Shown here piece after piece: positions 1 through 10,004 of a stretch of 64,000 nucleotides of DNA (position 1 is its first letter; each line of letters opens with the position of its first letter). The notes below the pieces were generated by a model that saw only the letters and a list, made by a program, of their open reading frames with translations, had not been told where the DNA came from and searched no databases. Position numbers and translations under genes: made by a program. The stretch comes from Minisyncoccota bacterium (GTDB lineage Bacteria > Patescibacteriota > Minisyncoccia > Minisyncoccales > JAGOPM01), in contig JBAZJI010000001.1 in assembly GCA_041651395.1 (NCBI GenBank), positions 315,920-379,919 of the forward strand, in the 5' to 3' direction.

Positions 1-49
1 TTGTAATAGATGAAAATGCGCTAGAGGCGCATATCGAAAAGCCGCAAGT

Positions 50-1264
50 ATGAAGAAAATGGAAAAACTATTAAAAGAGCATACGGCTTGGCGCAACAGC
101 TGCCTAAATTTGATTGCTTCGGAAAATGTAATGTCAGAAGCGGTTAAAAAGGCTTACGGCAATGATTTAGCTGGCCGCTACGCCGAAGGGTTGCCCGGCC
201 GCCGCTTTTATCAGGGCCTCAAATATTTTGATGAGATGGAAAATATTTGCATTGAGGCTTTCAAAAAGAAATTTAATGCCAATTTTGTCGAAGTGCGCCC
301 GGTTTCCGGGGCGGTAGCTAATTTGGCAGCCTTTTCGGGTTTATTTAAGCGTGGCGATACTGTTTTTACGCTTGGCTTAGCCGGTGGTTCGCATATTAGC
401 CATGAAAAGATCGGCGCCGCCGGGCTTTCCGGCCTTAATGTTGAGCATTTGCCCATGAATCCAGATGGGACTATAAATGTTTTTGCTTCGCGCAACCGGA
501 TTGAAAAAATTAGGCCCGCGGGTTTGATTTTGGGAGGCTCGGTTATTTTACTTGAACAACCCGTAAAAGAATTGGCCGAAATGTGCAAGCGCATTGGCAC
601 AAAAATTGTCTATGATGGCGCGCATGTTTTTGGGTTGATTTTTGCCGGAGTATTCCAAAATCCGCTAAGCCTGGGTGCCGATGTTTTGGTGGCAAGCACG
701 CACAAAACTTTTCCCGGGCCCCAAGGAGGCATAATAATCGGCAACCTAAGTGAGGAAGAACAAAAAAATGTTCAGCGCAAGGTTTTTCCCGGAATTTTAT
801 CATCGCATCATCTACACCACATTCCGGCTTTGTATGTGGCTTTTAAGGAATTCGAAAAAAATGGGAAAAAATACGGCGAGCAGATTTTGAAAAATTCTAA
901 AGCCTTAGCTCTTGAACTTGACAAGCTGGGATTTATTGTTTTATACAAAGACAAGGGTTTTACGCACACACACCAAGTTCTTTTAGACGTTGGTAAACAA
1001 GGTGGCGGTGCTGCCTGCGCCCAGTTACTTGAAGACGCCAATATTATTTGCAACAAAAATATGATACCCGGGGACGAAAGTGCCCTGAATCCTGGCGGCT
1101 TGCGTTTGGGCGTGCAGGAGATGACGCGCTTTGGCATGAAGGAAAAGGAAATGAAGCTTATTGCCAAATTATTCCAAGAACTGCTTATTAAAAAGAAACC
1201 GGCCAAGGCAGTCGGCAAAAAGGTGATTGCTCTACGCAAAAAATTTCAAAAGATAAAAATATGA
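50..1264 (+). CDS. glyA: Serine hydroxymethyltransferase, archaeal-type sequence signature
   Basis: 404-aa ORF. It has the LIASENV..RYAEGLPGRRFYQG block and the PLP-lysine motif STHKTFPGPQGG. No SD upstream. Confidence 0.9.
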   Translation: MKKMEKLLKEHTAWRNSCLNLIASENVMSEAVKKAYGNDLAGRYAEGLPGRRFYQGLKYFDEMENICIEAFKKKFNANFVEVRPVSGAVANLAAFSGLFKRGDTVFTLGLAGGSHISHEKIGAAGLSGLNVEHLPMNPDGTINVFASRNRIEKIRPAGLILGGSVILLEQPVKELAEMCKRIGTKIVYDGAHVFGLIFAGVFQNPLSLGADVLVASTHKTFPGPQGGIIIGNLSEEEQKNVQRKVFPGILSSHHLHHIPALYVAFKEFEKNGKKYGEQILKNSKALALELDKLGFIVLYKDKGFTHTHQVLLDVGKQGGGAACAQLLEDANIICNKNMIPGDESALNPGGLRLGVQEMTRFGMKEKEMKLIAKLFQELLIKKKPAKAVGKKVIALRKKFQKIKI

Positions 1265-1647
1265 ATTCAAAAGATTATATCGAATTGGCCAAAGTCACTG
1301 AAACCAAAGACTATAATCCGCCGGTCAAAAGGGTTGATGAAAAAACCGCTAGGCTTTTGCACGGCTTAATGGGAGTGGCCAGCGAGGCCGGCGAACTTTT
1401 GAGCCCTCTTAAAGCTCATATTTTTTATGGCCGGGAATTAGACAAAATCCATTTGAAAGAAGAAATGGGAGATATTTTTTGGTTTTTAGCCATTGCTTGC
1501 GATGCGCTTGATTTAGATTTTGAAGATGTTTGGCAAGCCAACATTGCCAAGCTTAAAGCGCGCTATGGTGAAAAGTTTTCCGAGCATCGGGCAAATAACC
1601 GTAACCTGAAAAAAGAACGCAAAGTCTTGGAGAAAAAGAAGAAATAA
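1261..1647 (+). CDS. MazG-like nucleotide pyrophosphohydrolase
   Basis: 128 aa. It has the all-alpha MazG pattern (EAGEL...EEMGDIFWFL...ANIAKL..RY). ATGA overlap with the glyA stop. Confidence 0.7.
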   Translation: MNSKDYIELAKVTETKDYNPPVKRVDEKTARLLHGLMGVASEAGELLSPLKAHIFYGRELDKIHLKEEMGDIFWFLAIACDALDLDFEDVWQANIAKLKARYGEKFSEHRANNRNLKKERKVLEKKKK

Positions 1648-1675
1648 AAAGCCCCGCCGGGGGCTTTTTATTTTT
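1646..1675. terminator. Bidirectional intrinsic terminator
   Basis: AAAAAGCCCC-GCCG-GGGGCTTTTT lies between convergent genes. Confidence 0.75.
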
Positions 1676-3395
1676 ACCAACCTCCACCACCTCCGCCGCC
1701 GCCACCACCGCCTGCCGAGCCTCCGCCACCCGAGGCAGAGGTGCTATTGGTAAAACCGCTATTTAAGTCGTGGCTTAGGGAGTTAATATCGCTCATCAAA
1801 GCCCCGAGGGCTAAATTGTCGCCGACATTGGAGCCTACATACCAAGGGCGTGGGGGCATTTGGATATCTTGGAATTGCGCCTGCCATTTTTTTTCTACGC
1901 CAAGCATAATAGCCCAGGGCAAGAGTTTATCGAAAAGCTCAGGGGTTTTTTCTGGCGCATTATGAAATTCGAGGCGATCCTTTTCGGCAACTCCCAAATA
2001 AAGTTTGAGCCCCTTAAGGTGATTTTTTGTTTGGCTGCCCAGAAGCGTTTGTTTTGAATAACACAAGTTAAGCGGCAGCCAATACATTCCCATTAATAAT
2101 AAAAATAATGCCAAAGGAAAATTAGTTTCACTATACAGCATAAAAAAGCCAATTATGATGATGGCGCTGCTCGCTATGTAGGCAAAATATCCGCCTAATG
2201 TTCGTTGGTTTTGAGCATAACCTTGCGACCTAAAAAAGTCCAAGGGAACATCCATCAGATCTTTAATATCGCGGCGCAAGGGTTCGCGTGATGTAAACAT
2301 TTTTGCCTCTTCACCCTTGAAATAGGCAAGGCTTTTCCCCGCTACAACACTTAAAATTTTTCTGTCCGGCTCGGGCAGGGAAGCACTATCTTTATTTAAG
2401 TCTTCAAAAATGTAATCGGCGGATTTCATGCCCCAAAAACCTTCTTTTTCTTTTTTTACCAATCGAATAAATCCATTTACCGCCAACCAAATTATCTGTC
2501 CACTCAAAGACGCGCTGGCAAAATGATAATTATTATAAATAGCACCGCCATCCATAGGTGTTAAATTCGGCAAAGGCTCGTATTGCGCCACGATAGGCTT
2601 ATTATCTTTAGGGTCGCGCCCGTTTTCCCAAAAATGCCAGATAGTGAAAGCAAAAAATATCGCCCCCAAAGCTACAAGGAGCCAAATGGTATCTCGGGAA
2701 GCCAGAGGAGTATATTTTCTTTCTTTAACCTCTACTAAGCCTTTATCAAAGCCGACGGCAACAGTTAAACCTTCGCCCGGTTGTAAAACCGGATTTCCTT
2801 GAAATGAAACGGAATTATTTTCCGGATTATATCGGCTTTGGCAACCACCCTGGCTGCCGGGCGGGCCCTGATAGCAGGCTATTTGCAGTTTCTCCGGAGT
2901 TAGGCCGCTTGGTAAAAAAACTGTGGCGCTGGGGTTGCTTATTGGCCAATCCCAATTATTGCCCGTGATATTCCAATATAATTCGTCAAAATTATCAAAA
3001 TAATTTATGGCAGCGGCAATATTGTAGGAAATAATAAATAATTTTTTCCCGCTAAAAGTATTATTCGGGTCGCCGATGCGGAATTTCCAATAATCGCCCT
3101 GGGCGGTTTTTTTGAACGGCAGGGGTTGGCCAAAAGCGTCCACTACCTGAAAGTTTTGGATCGGTAAGGAAAAATCTTTGCCGTTTTTAGTATGGTATTT
3201 GACTGGAATAAACCGGTAGATGCCGTGCAATGGGCCATCAGTGACATTAGCTTCGATTTTTTCCTCAATGGAAATGGAAGCATCTCTATTGATGGTTATC
3301 TCCGAGTGAAAGGCGCTGATTTCATTGGCCTTAGCTGAGGAAAGCCAAAAGAGGCAGGCGGCTAAGGTAAGAAACAGTATTTTTATAGGTTTCAT
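1674..3395 (-). CDS. DUF2207-like membrane protein with poly-Gly C-terminal tail
   Basis: 573 aa. Signal peptide, an extracytoplasmic N-domain, several TM helices, and the tail GGGGSAGGGGGGGGGGGW typical of DUF2207 proteins. Confidence 0.65.
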   Translation of the reverse strand: MKPIKILFLTLAACLFWLSSAKANEISAFHSEITINRDASISIEEKIEANVTDGPLHGIYRFIPVKYHTKNGKDFSLPIQNFQVVDAFGQPLPFKKTAQGDYWKFRIGDPNNTFSGKKLFIISYNIAAAINYFDNFDELYWNITGNNWDWPISNPSATVFLPSGLTPEKLQIACYQGPPGSQGGCQSRYNPENNSVSFQGNPVLQPGEGLTVAVGFDKGLVEVKERKYTPLASRDTIWLLVALGAIFFAFTIWHFWENGRDPKDNKPIVAQYEPLPNLTPMDGGAIYNNYHFASASLSGQIIWLAVNGFIRLVKKEKEGFWGMKSADYIFEDLNKDSASLPEPDRKILSVVAGKSLAYFKGEEAKMFTSREPLRRDIKDLMDVPLDFFRSQGYAQNQRTLGGYFAYIASSAIIIIGFFMLYSETNFPLALFLLLMGMYWLPLNLCYSKQTLLGSQTKNHLKGLKLYLGVAEKDRLEFHNAPEKTPELFDKLLPWAIMLGVEKKWQAQFQDIQMPPRPWYVGSNVGDNLALGALMSDINSLSHDLNSGFTNSTSASGGGGSAGGGGGGGGGGGW

Positions 3396-3465
3396 AGGTT
3401 CAAACTCAGTATAGCAACGGTTTGAAAGGCTTACAATTTCCTGTTATCCTGAAGGCAATAAATAT

Positions 3466-4929
3466 ATGGCCGAGCGCGCCTTTCGCCCCACAATTGGTTT
3501 GGAGATACATGCCGAGCTTAAAACGCAAAGCAAAATGTTTTGTTCGTGTGCTAATTGTACGCACCAAATCGAGCCCAACAAAAATATTTGTCCTGTTTGC
3601 ACCGGACAACCCGGAGTGCTTCCCGTGCCCAATGAAGAAGCGATAAAAGAGGTTATCAAAACCGGTATCGCGCTTAATTGCTCCATTGCCAAAAATTCCA
3701 AATTTGACCGCAAAAATTATTTTTATCCGGATCTGCCCAAGGGTTACCAAATTTCCCAATTCGATTTGCCGATTTGCGAAAATGGGTTTTTAATAATCGG
3801 AGAGAAAAAAATCAGGATAAAAAGAATACATTTAGAAGAGGATGCAGCTAAAAATTTCCACCAAAACGGCCAAACTTTAGTTGATTATAATCGGGCCGGT
3901 GTGCCTTTATTGGAACTGGTAACCGAGCCTGATATTACTTCTGGCGAGGAAGCTAAAAAATTCGGGCAAGAATTGCAGCTTTTACTGCGTTACCTTAATG
4001 TCTGCGATGGGGATATGGAAAAAGGGCAGTTGCGCCTCGAGGTTAATATCTCCATTTCGGATAGTGAAATATTTGGCACCAAGGTTGAGGTAAAAAATAT
4101 TAACAGTTTTGCCAATGCTGAGCGGGCCATTAATTACGAAATCGATCGGCAGGTAAAGGCGATTATGGCCAATGAAAAAATTACGCAGGAAACGCGCGGT
4201 TTTGACGCGGTCAAAGGCATTACAGTTGCGCAAAGAAGCAAAGAAGGTTCTAGTGATTATCGGTATTTTCCCGAGCCTGATATTCCGGTTTTGGATTTTT
4301 CCAAATGGGATATAGATTCTTTGAAACACGAAATTCCTGAATTGCCATGGGATAAGCGCGCCCGTTTTGCACGAGAATTCGAGCTTGATCTCAAATCTGT
4401 GGAGGTTTTAGTCAATAATCGGGAACTAGCCGATTATTATGAAAAAATTTGCACCGAATTGGGCGAAGCGGCCAAGGCAGAAAAAACTAAGGGGGATTTC
4501 AAAAAACTGGCAAAATTAGCCAGCAATTATCTGATAAACGATTATTTGGCTTTGATGTGGGCTACTCAAAAAGACGATAATAAATGGCCGATTACTCCGG
4601 AAAATTTTGCGGAATTTATTGCCAAGGTTAATGCCGGGGAGGTAAACAGCGCGAGTGCCAAAGTTGTTTTGGCGAAAATGTTTGCCACGGGCGCTGATCC
4701 GGGCCACCTTATCCAAGACCTTGGCCTTACCCAGATTGACGATGCGCAGGCCATAGCCCAAGTGGCGCAAAAAGTTATCCAAGAAAATCCGAAATCCGTG
4801 GCCGATTATAAAAAAGGCAAAGAGAATGCCATTATGTTCTTGGTGGGCGGTGTAATGAAAGAAATGAAGGGAAGGGCTAAGCCCGATGTGGCCAGAGATG
4901 TCTTAAAAAAAATATTGGATGCGCAATAA
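3466..4929 (+). CDS. gatB: Asp/Glu-tRNA amidotransferase subunit B
   Basis: 487 aa. GatB blocks PTIGLEIHAEL, CPVCTGQPGVLP and IHLEEDA, plus a C-terminal GatB/YqeY-like domain. Confidence 0.92.
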   Translation: MAERAFRPTIGLEIHAELKTQSKMFCSCANCTHQIEPNKNICPVCTGQPGVLPVPNEEAIKEVIKTGIALNCSIAKNSKFDRKNYFYPDLPKGYQISQFDLPICENGFLIIGEKKIRIKRIHLEEDAAKNFHQNGQTLVDYNRAGVPLLELVTEPDITSGEEAKKFGQELQLLLRYLNVCDGDMEKGQLRLEVNISISDSEIFGTKVEVKNINSFANAERAINYEIDRQVKAIMANEKITQETRGFDAVKGITVAQRSKEGSSDYRYFPEPDIPVLDFSKWDIDSLKHEIPELPWDKRARFAREFELDLKSVEVLVNNRELADYYEKICTELGEAAKAEKTKGDFKKLAKLASNYLINDYLALMWATQKDDNKWPITPENFAEFIAKVNAGEVNSASAKVVLAKMFATGADPGHLIQDLGLTQIDDAQAIAQVAQKVIQENPKSVADYKKGKENAIMFLVGGVMKEMKGRAKPDVARDVLKKILDAQ

Positions 4930-4986
4930 CTATTCACAACCCTTGCTACTTTTGGCCGGGGTTTTTTGCTATTATTAGCTAAGAAT

Positions 4987-7900
4987 ATGTCCGAAAGATT
5001 TTTCTATTTTTTGGTTTTTACATTTTTGTTCATATTTAGCATTGGCAGCGCCTCTGCCATGGAAGCCAGCAAATACTGCATTTCTTCGGGGGTGGCCAGG
5101 CCTTGCCCGTTGATCATCAATTCTCTTTTTATTGGTGCCTATGAGAATGCCGCCCAAGCTGATCCGGCCGTAAAAGCCAAAAGTTTCCGCAGCGAAGTTC
5201 ATACCATAGAGCGCGCCGGCTATACGGATACGGCCGATTCTTTCAATATCTCCGAGGAACAAAATATTTATTTTGCCAAATTACCCGCGAAGGGTGATTA
5301 TTTATTGTTTTCTATTTATAATTCCGCCCAGCCTTCGCTCAGTTGGCAAGCCTATGATGAGATCACGAATTTGAATACTAAAATTGCCTGCGCCAAGGAT
5401 TTGGACGGTTTGACTCAGGACAAATTTCGGGATGCCGGTAAAATAGCGGCCAAAAGTTCTGTTGTAGAATTTGTTTGGCCAAAGTTTCGGACGAATTTGA
5501 GCCGGGGCGATTGTTTTTGCCGCTTTCAATTTACTTTACTGGACAAAGATGGAAGAGTTTACGCGCAGTCAGTAACGCGGCCATTATTGGTTTGCGAAAA
5601 CCCGCCCAAAGTCAGCGGCCCGAGAATTGAAACTGACTTTGCCAGCATTTCTGCCAATAGTATTATTTTCAGGGGCAATTTGCAGCGTTCGGGTGGCGCA
5701 GCTGAAACGAAAATTGCAGTGCAGATTTTTCCAGAGATTGAACTTGGCAAATTTTTGAATGCCGAGGTGAAAGCCAGCCCCAATAAATATCCCAAAGGCC
5801 AAGCGGGTTATGCGGGCGCGGCCTTTTTTGATGATATTTTAACCATTGCCACGGCCCAAAAATATACTATGGGCCCAGTGGAGATATCGGTCAGTGATTT
5901 TTCTTTGCCCAAGGGCTATTGCTATGGTTTAGTGGCTACCAATTCGGCGGGCAAATGGTATGGCGGGCGGATTTGCGGCAATAATATTTATTATTTTCCG
6001 AAAGTGGAAACGCAACCTTTTGATTATGGCAATAATAAAGGAGCGGCCAAAGATGAAATTTCGGCCATCTTAAAATTTAGCGGGTTTGGTAGCGCTAAAG
6101 ATCGAGCCAATCAAGAAGCGGGGGAATCTGCACCGGGACGTGTTTGGTTTGAGGTGCGCGCCAGATACTCCGGTGCCAAATTGGAACAGGTTGGCGCCTT
6201 TGACGCTAAAGTCGGGCAAAAAATTTCAGGGTATAGTGCGGCCAAAAAGCAGGGCGATTATTGTTACAGAGCAGCGGCGATTAATAAGGCGGGAGTCAGC
6301 TACGGCAAAGAAATTTGTATCGGGCAGGAAGGTTCTTGGCCTAATTTGCCAAAAACCAAACCTATTGTGGGCCCGCCAAGCGAAGCGGGTGGTAAAAAAG
6401 AAACACCCCCAACCCCCCTTAAGCCCGCTACGCCGACTTTGTCGACCGGTGGCTATTCTTATGACAATTTTCCCAGTCCGATAAGATTTAAGGCCTCTTG
6501 GGGGAGCTTTAGCCAGAGCCAGTATGGCATGGATGTCAGCTATTGGGTGTATTATTGGAAACAGGGTGAGGAATTTAGTGAAAAAACAGCCCAGAAAAGC
6601 GCTGTGCTTACCAAAAAGATCGGCAAGGGCATGGAAAAAACTACCCAATATCTGGTTGCCGCCCGCAATGATGGCTTTTTCCAAGGTTCATTTTTTGGCC
6701 AAAGCGGTATGGGTTTGGCGCAGAGCTATTGCTATGCGGCCGCGGTTAAAAATAATTCTACAGGTGAAACTTTAATTGATTTGGCCGGCCAAAAATGTTT
6801 CGAGATTGCCAGCCCGGTGGAGATTGTCCAAAATCATCTCGCCGGATACGAAACGGCGATATTGGAAGCTAAAGTTTCCGCAGTTGAGGATGGGGCCTAT
6901 GGTTGGTTTTGGGTTTTTAAGCCTGACAGAAAGCTCGACATTGCCGCCAGTACGGCATATCAAACTTGCCAGTCGGTCGCCCAAGAAATCGAAAGCGCCA
7001 TGGCCAAGCTCAAAGCCGCTGGAAAAAATGAAAAGTCCAAAGAGTATAAGGATTTATTGGCCCGCTATGATGTGCGGCTGTCTTTGGGCACGGTGCAAGG
7101 ATTAAAGCAGGGCGATACTTTTAAGTATGCGCTTTCCGGGCTAAAGAGCGGCTCTGGCTACTGCGCGCAGGCCCGGATACGAAATTTTTTGAACAAGACT
7201 TTTTCGAGCGCTTTTGCGCCGATTTTAACGCAGGATTACGAGGCGGCCAATTTGCAGCTTTATGATGTTGTCGAGCGTGAGGAAAAATTCGGGCAGCGAA
7301 TCGGGACAAATAAACTTAAAATCGAAGGTCAGCTCAAGGATAATGGCGGTGATGGCAAAGGCCAAATTTATGCCTTGCTTTACGAAAGTGATGTTTTTGC
7401 TCTTGACGGCACACCGGATTGCAATATTGAACTTCGGGATAAAAAAGGCCGCTATCGGGTTAAAGTCATAAAGGGGAAAGTTTTCCCGACTTCCTTAATC
7501 AAGCAGGATTTGGCTTGGGATTTTGATAATTTGGAGGCGAGCAACTATTATTGCTATCAACTGATATCCGTTAATAAGGCAGGGACAAAATATTCGGCCC
7601 CAAAGTTTGCCTCGACCTATTTGTCTGATAAATATGTGCGCATGTATCCGGCTGATCCAGTAAAAGAAAGATCGGCCCAGGCGCATGTTTGGGTTGATAC
7701 AAGTTATCTTGCCGTTCAGAGGGGCTATAAAGTAGATAAAATTACGGTTAGCTACGGCGCTTTAAGCGGGTCGGTCGCTACGGAAAAGGGCTGTAAGCTC
7801 AGCGGAAGTAATTCTCTTTCGGGGAAAGAATTAAATTTAGAATCTGATAATCCGGTAAGCGTGCCGCTTAATTCTTTGTGCGTTAATACGAATTATACAG

Positions 7901-9795
7901 CTCGCGCGATTGTCGGCGTTAGATTGGGTAACCAGAAATCCACTCTTAATTCGCTTAATCAAGACGAGTTTAAGACTTTAGCTTTGCCTCCGCAAATTAA
8001 CGGAGCTAAGTCGTCTTTTAAGTATTTCGATGGTGATGGCTCCGGGCAGGCAACATTTAATATTGTGACTTTGGGTGGAAACAATAAAATCCGCTATAAG
8101 TTAAAATTAATTCCCGTTGATGGAGCTTGCCCCGAGGAGACTACGGCGCAAGGCCTGGTTTTGGAGGCGAAAAGGGAATATAAAGACCCCGCATTTAGTG
8201 GCGAGGAGAAAATTACTTTCACGAATTTGAATTTGGATGGCGGGCAGGCTTATTGCGCTTATCTGGCTGCTGAGCCCATCGCCTTGGGGATGAGGGGGAG
8301 CTATTTTGCCCCTGGCAATGGTTGGCGTTTTCTGGTTTTGGCTAGCGGGCCGCGGGTTTCTTTGGGCGAGTTTGATCCGGAAAAAAGTTTAACCATTATC
8401 AATAGCGAACTATTCGCCAAGGCTATTTTTGATCTGAAAAAAACCGGAGACAAAGGGAAAAAATTATTTATTGATCTTAGTTATGTGGTCAAGCGGGCCA
8501 AGCCCAAAGTTGTATCCGAGACTTTCCATATCCAAAAAGAGGTCGATATCTCGGGGCGAACTTTGGAAATGGTAATCCCGCAGCGCAATGAATTCCGCCA
8601 ATCAGAAAACTTCAAGTTCATCAAGCCTGATGATATTGTTTCTGTTTCTGCTAAGGTCAAAAATTCTTCCGGTGTGAGCGCGGAGCTTTCCGGGTTTACT
8701 TTCCAATTTCCCAACCTTGGGGCCGGCTCGAGCGCCGGAACAATTAATGTTCGGCTTAAAGAAACATCGCCGAGCAGCGGTTATGTTAATTATAATGTGG
8801 AAGTGCTTTTCAAGCCCGCTTCCAATACTTGGACTAAGAACGGCAAAACCGCCGAGGCGACTTTTTATCATGTAGCGACAGCGGCAGAAAGAGCTAACGA
8901 CCCGCTTTGCGGCCAGTCGATGAATATTAAACTGACTAATCCCGTCTTTGACGAGGAAACGCAAACTATCTCTTTTGTCGATACCTTGCGCCAAATTCCG
9001 CCGCGATGCAAATTCATGGTTTCGGTGCATTTTGAAAATTATTGGAAGCGCGTTTCCATGGGTTCTTGGCCGAATTTTTCACACAACGGCTATCCCAGCA
9101 CGATTTACAGGCAAGTTTGCGGCTACGATGGCGGGGATTGCATACCCAACGGCAAATATTATGATGTTTTCTTGCGCGAGCCGGATAAATGCGGCGCTGC
9201 TGCTGATGGGGATTGCCCGATGATGACCATGGCCAATATGCTCAGGCATTGGTATGACTCTGACAATGCTGTTCGCAGTTACATGTTTGATAGAAATATT
9301 TATAAGGGCATGAGCTGGTCCAAAGCTTCTTTTGTCCTTAATGGGGGAAGTGGTTGCAATGGCACAATCGGTAATTTGAAGCTAATTAATGATCAGTTAA
9401 CTGAAATCGATAATTCGCTGCCCTTTGGCCGTAAAACGAATTTGCAGGCAGTCAGCATTTTGCCCTCTGGTGACAGCGAGGAATCTCGTTCGCAATTACT
9501 TGACGAGGTGTATCGCCGCGCTTTAAGCAAGGGGATACCCGCCTCAGTGCGCTGTTGCCGCAGTTGGGGAGCGGGCCAACATTTCTTTTTGTTGCGCGAT
9601 GTCATTTATCGGGATCCGAACAAAAAATCCAGTGATGATGATTTGATTTTGATTGCCGATTCAAGTTGCAGCCGCGGTAATGCTGTGACCCGCCGCCAAT
9701 ATTTGGATTCTGAACGCTGCGGGCAAATAGCCGCCTGCCGTGACGGCTATAGTGTGCCGATTGACGTTATCATGTATTGGCTAGAGAAAAAGTGA
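4987..9795 (+). CDS. Giant secreted protein: FN3-like repeat array with a C-terminal papain-like (C39-like) cysteine peptidase domain
   Basis: ATG 4987 gives the signal peptide MSERFFYFLVFTFLFIFSIGSASA; the track start at 4966 is TTG. Repeated beta-sandwich modules end in motifs such as GYCYGLVATNSAGKWYG, DYCYRAAAINKAGVSYG and NYYCYQLISVNKAGTKYS. The C-terminus has Cys (DCPMMTMANML), His (GQHFFLL) and Asp (LIADSS) in papain-like order. Confidence 0.6.
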   Translation: MSERFFYFLVFTFLFIFSIGSASAMEASKYCISSGVARPCPLIINSLFIGAYENAAQADPAVKAKSFRSEVHTIERAGYTDTADSFNISEEQNIYFAKLPAKGDYLLFSIYNSAQPSLSWQAYDEITNLNTKIACAKDLDGLTQDKFRDAGKIAAKSSVVEFVWPKFRTNLSRGDCFCRFQFTLLDKDGRVYAQSVTRPLLVCENPPKVSGPRIETDFASISANSIIFRGNLQRSGGAAETKIAVQIFPEIELGKFLNAEVKASPNKYPKGQAGYAGAAFFDDILTIATAQKYTMGPVEISVSDFSLPKGYCYGLVATNSAGKWYGGRICGNNIYYFPKVETQPFDYGNNKGAAKDEISAILKFSGFGSAKDRANQEAGESAPGRVWFEVRARYSGAKLEQVGAFDAKVGQKISGYSAAKKQGDYCYRAAAINKAGVSYGKEICIGQEGSWPNLPKTKPIVGPPSEAGGKKETPPTPLKPATPTLSTGGYSYDNFPSPIRFKASWGSFSQSQYGMDVSYWVYYWKQGEEFSEKTAQKSAVLTKKIGKGMEKTTQYLVAARNDGFFQGSFFGQSGMGLAQSYCYAAAVKNNSTGETLIDLAGQKCFEIASPVEIVQNHLAGYETAILEAKVSAVEDGAYGWFWVFKPDRKLDIAASTAYQTCQSVAQEIESAMAKLKAAGKNEKSKEYKDLLARYDVRLSLGTVQGLKQGDTFKYALSGLKSGSGYCAQARIRNFLNKTFSSAFAPILTQDYEAANLQLYDVVEREEKFGQRIGTNKLKIEGQLKDNGGDGKGQIYALLYESDVFALDGTPDCNIELRDKKGRYRVKVIKGKVFPTSLIKQDLAWDFDNLEASNYYCYQLISVNKAGTKYSAPKFASTYLSDKYVRMYPADPVKERSAQAHVWVDTSYLAVQRGYKVDKITVSYGALSGSVATEKGCKLSGSNSLSGKELNLESDNPVSVPLNSLCVNTNYTARAIVGVRLGNQKSTLNSLNQDEFKTLALPPQINGAKSSFKYFDGDGSGQATFNIVTLGGNNKIRYKLKLIPVDGACPEETTAQGLVLEAKREYKDPAFSGEEKITFTNLNLDGGQAYCAYLAAEPIALGMRGSYFAPGNGWRFLVLASGPRVSLGEFDPEKSLTIINSELFAKAIFDLKKTGDKGKKLFIDLSYVVKRAKPKVVSETFHIQKEVDISGRTLEMVIPQRNEFRQSENFKFIKPDDIVSVSAKVKNSSGVSAELSGFTFQFPNLGAGSSAGTINVRLKETSPSSGYVNYNVEVLFKPASNTWTKNGKTAEATFYHVATAAERANDPLCGQSMNIKLTNPVFDEETQTISFVDTLRQIPPRCKFMVSVHFENYWKRVSMGSWPNFSHNGYPSTIYRQVCGYDGGDCIPNGKYYDVFLREPDKCGAAADGDCPMMTMANMLRHWYDSDNAVRSYMFDRNIYKGMSWSKASFVLNGGSGCNGTIGNLKLINDQLTEIDNSLPFGRKTNLQAVSILPSGDSEESRSQLLDEVYRRALSKGIPASVRCCRSWGAGQHFFLLRDVIYRDPNKKSSDDDLILIADSSCSRGNAVTRRQYLDSERCGQIAACRDGYSVPIDVIMYWLEKK

Positions 9796-9818
9796 CATTT
9801 TCTGAAATGCAATCTTAA

Positions 9819-9850
9819 GTGCCTGCCTGACGATAGGTAGGCGCTTTTTA
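9819..9850 (+). terminator. Intrinsic terminator of the 1609-aa gene
   Basis: GCCTGCCT-GACGAT-AGGTAGGC followed by GCTTTTT. Confidence 0.7.
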
Positions 9851-9940
9851 TAGAGATATTAAATGCAATTTTTTGCTAAAACCGCGGGTGTTAATGGAAT
9901 CTAAGCCTAAAAGGCTTGATTTTATTAGCAACTTCGTGCA

Positions 9941-9996
9941 TTGATTTTTTGTAAAAAATGTGCTATAATATAAGTATTAACAGTTAAATAAGGAGG
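9941..9996 (+). promoter_or_regulatory. Promoter + SD of 142-aa gene
   Basis: TTGATT (9941), 17-nt spacer, TGC-TATAAT (9964), AAGGAGG (9990), GTG 10005. Confidence 0.6.
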
Positions 9997-10004
9997 AAGA
10001 AGAA

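Noticed and set aside
1677-1740. A CCA/CCG/CCT-rich repetitive tract that looks like a simple-sequence repeat.
   Set aside because: It encodes the C-terminal poly-glycine tail of the DUF2207-like protein on the minus strand, a normal feature of that family. It is not a separate repeat element or a CRISPR-like array.
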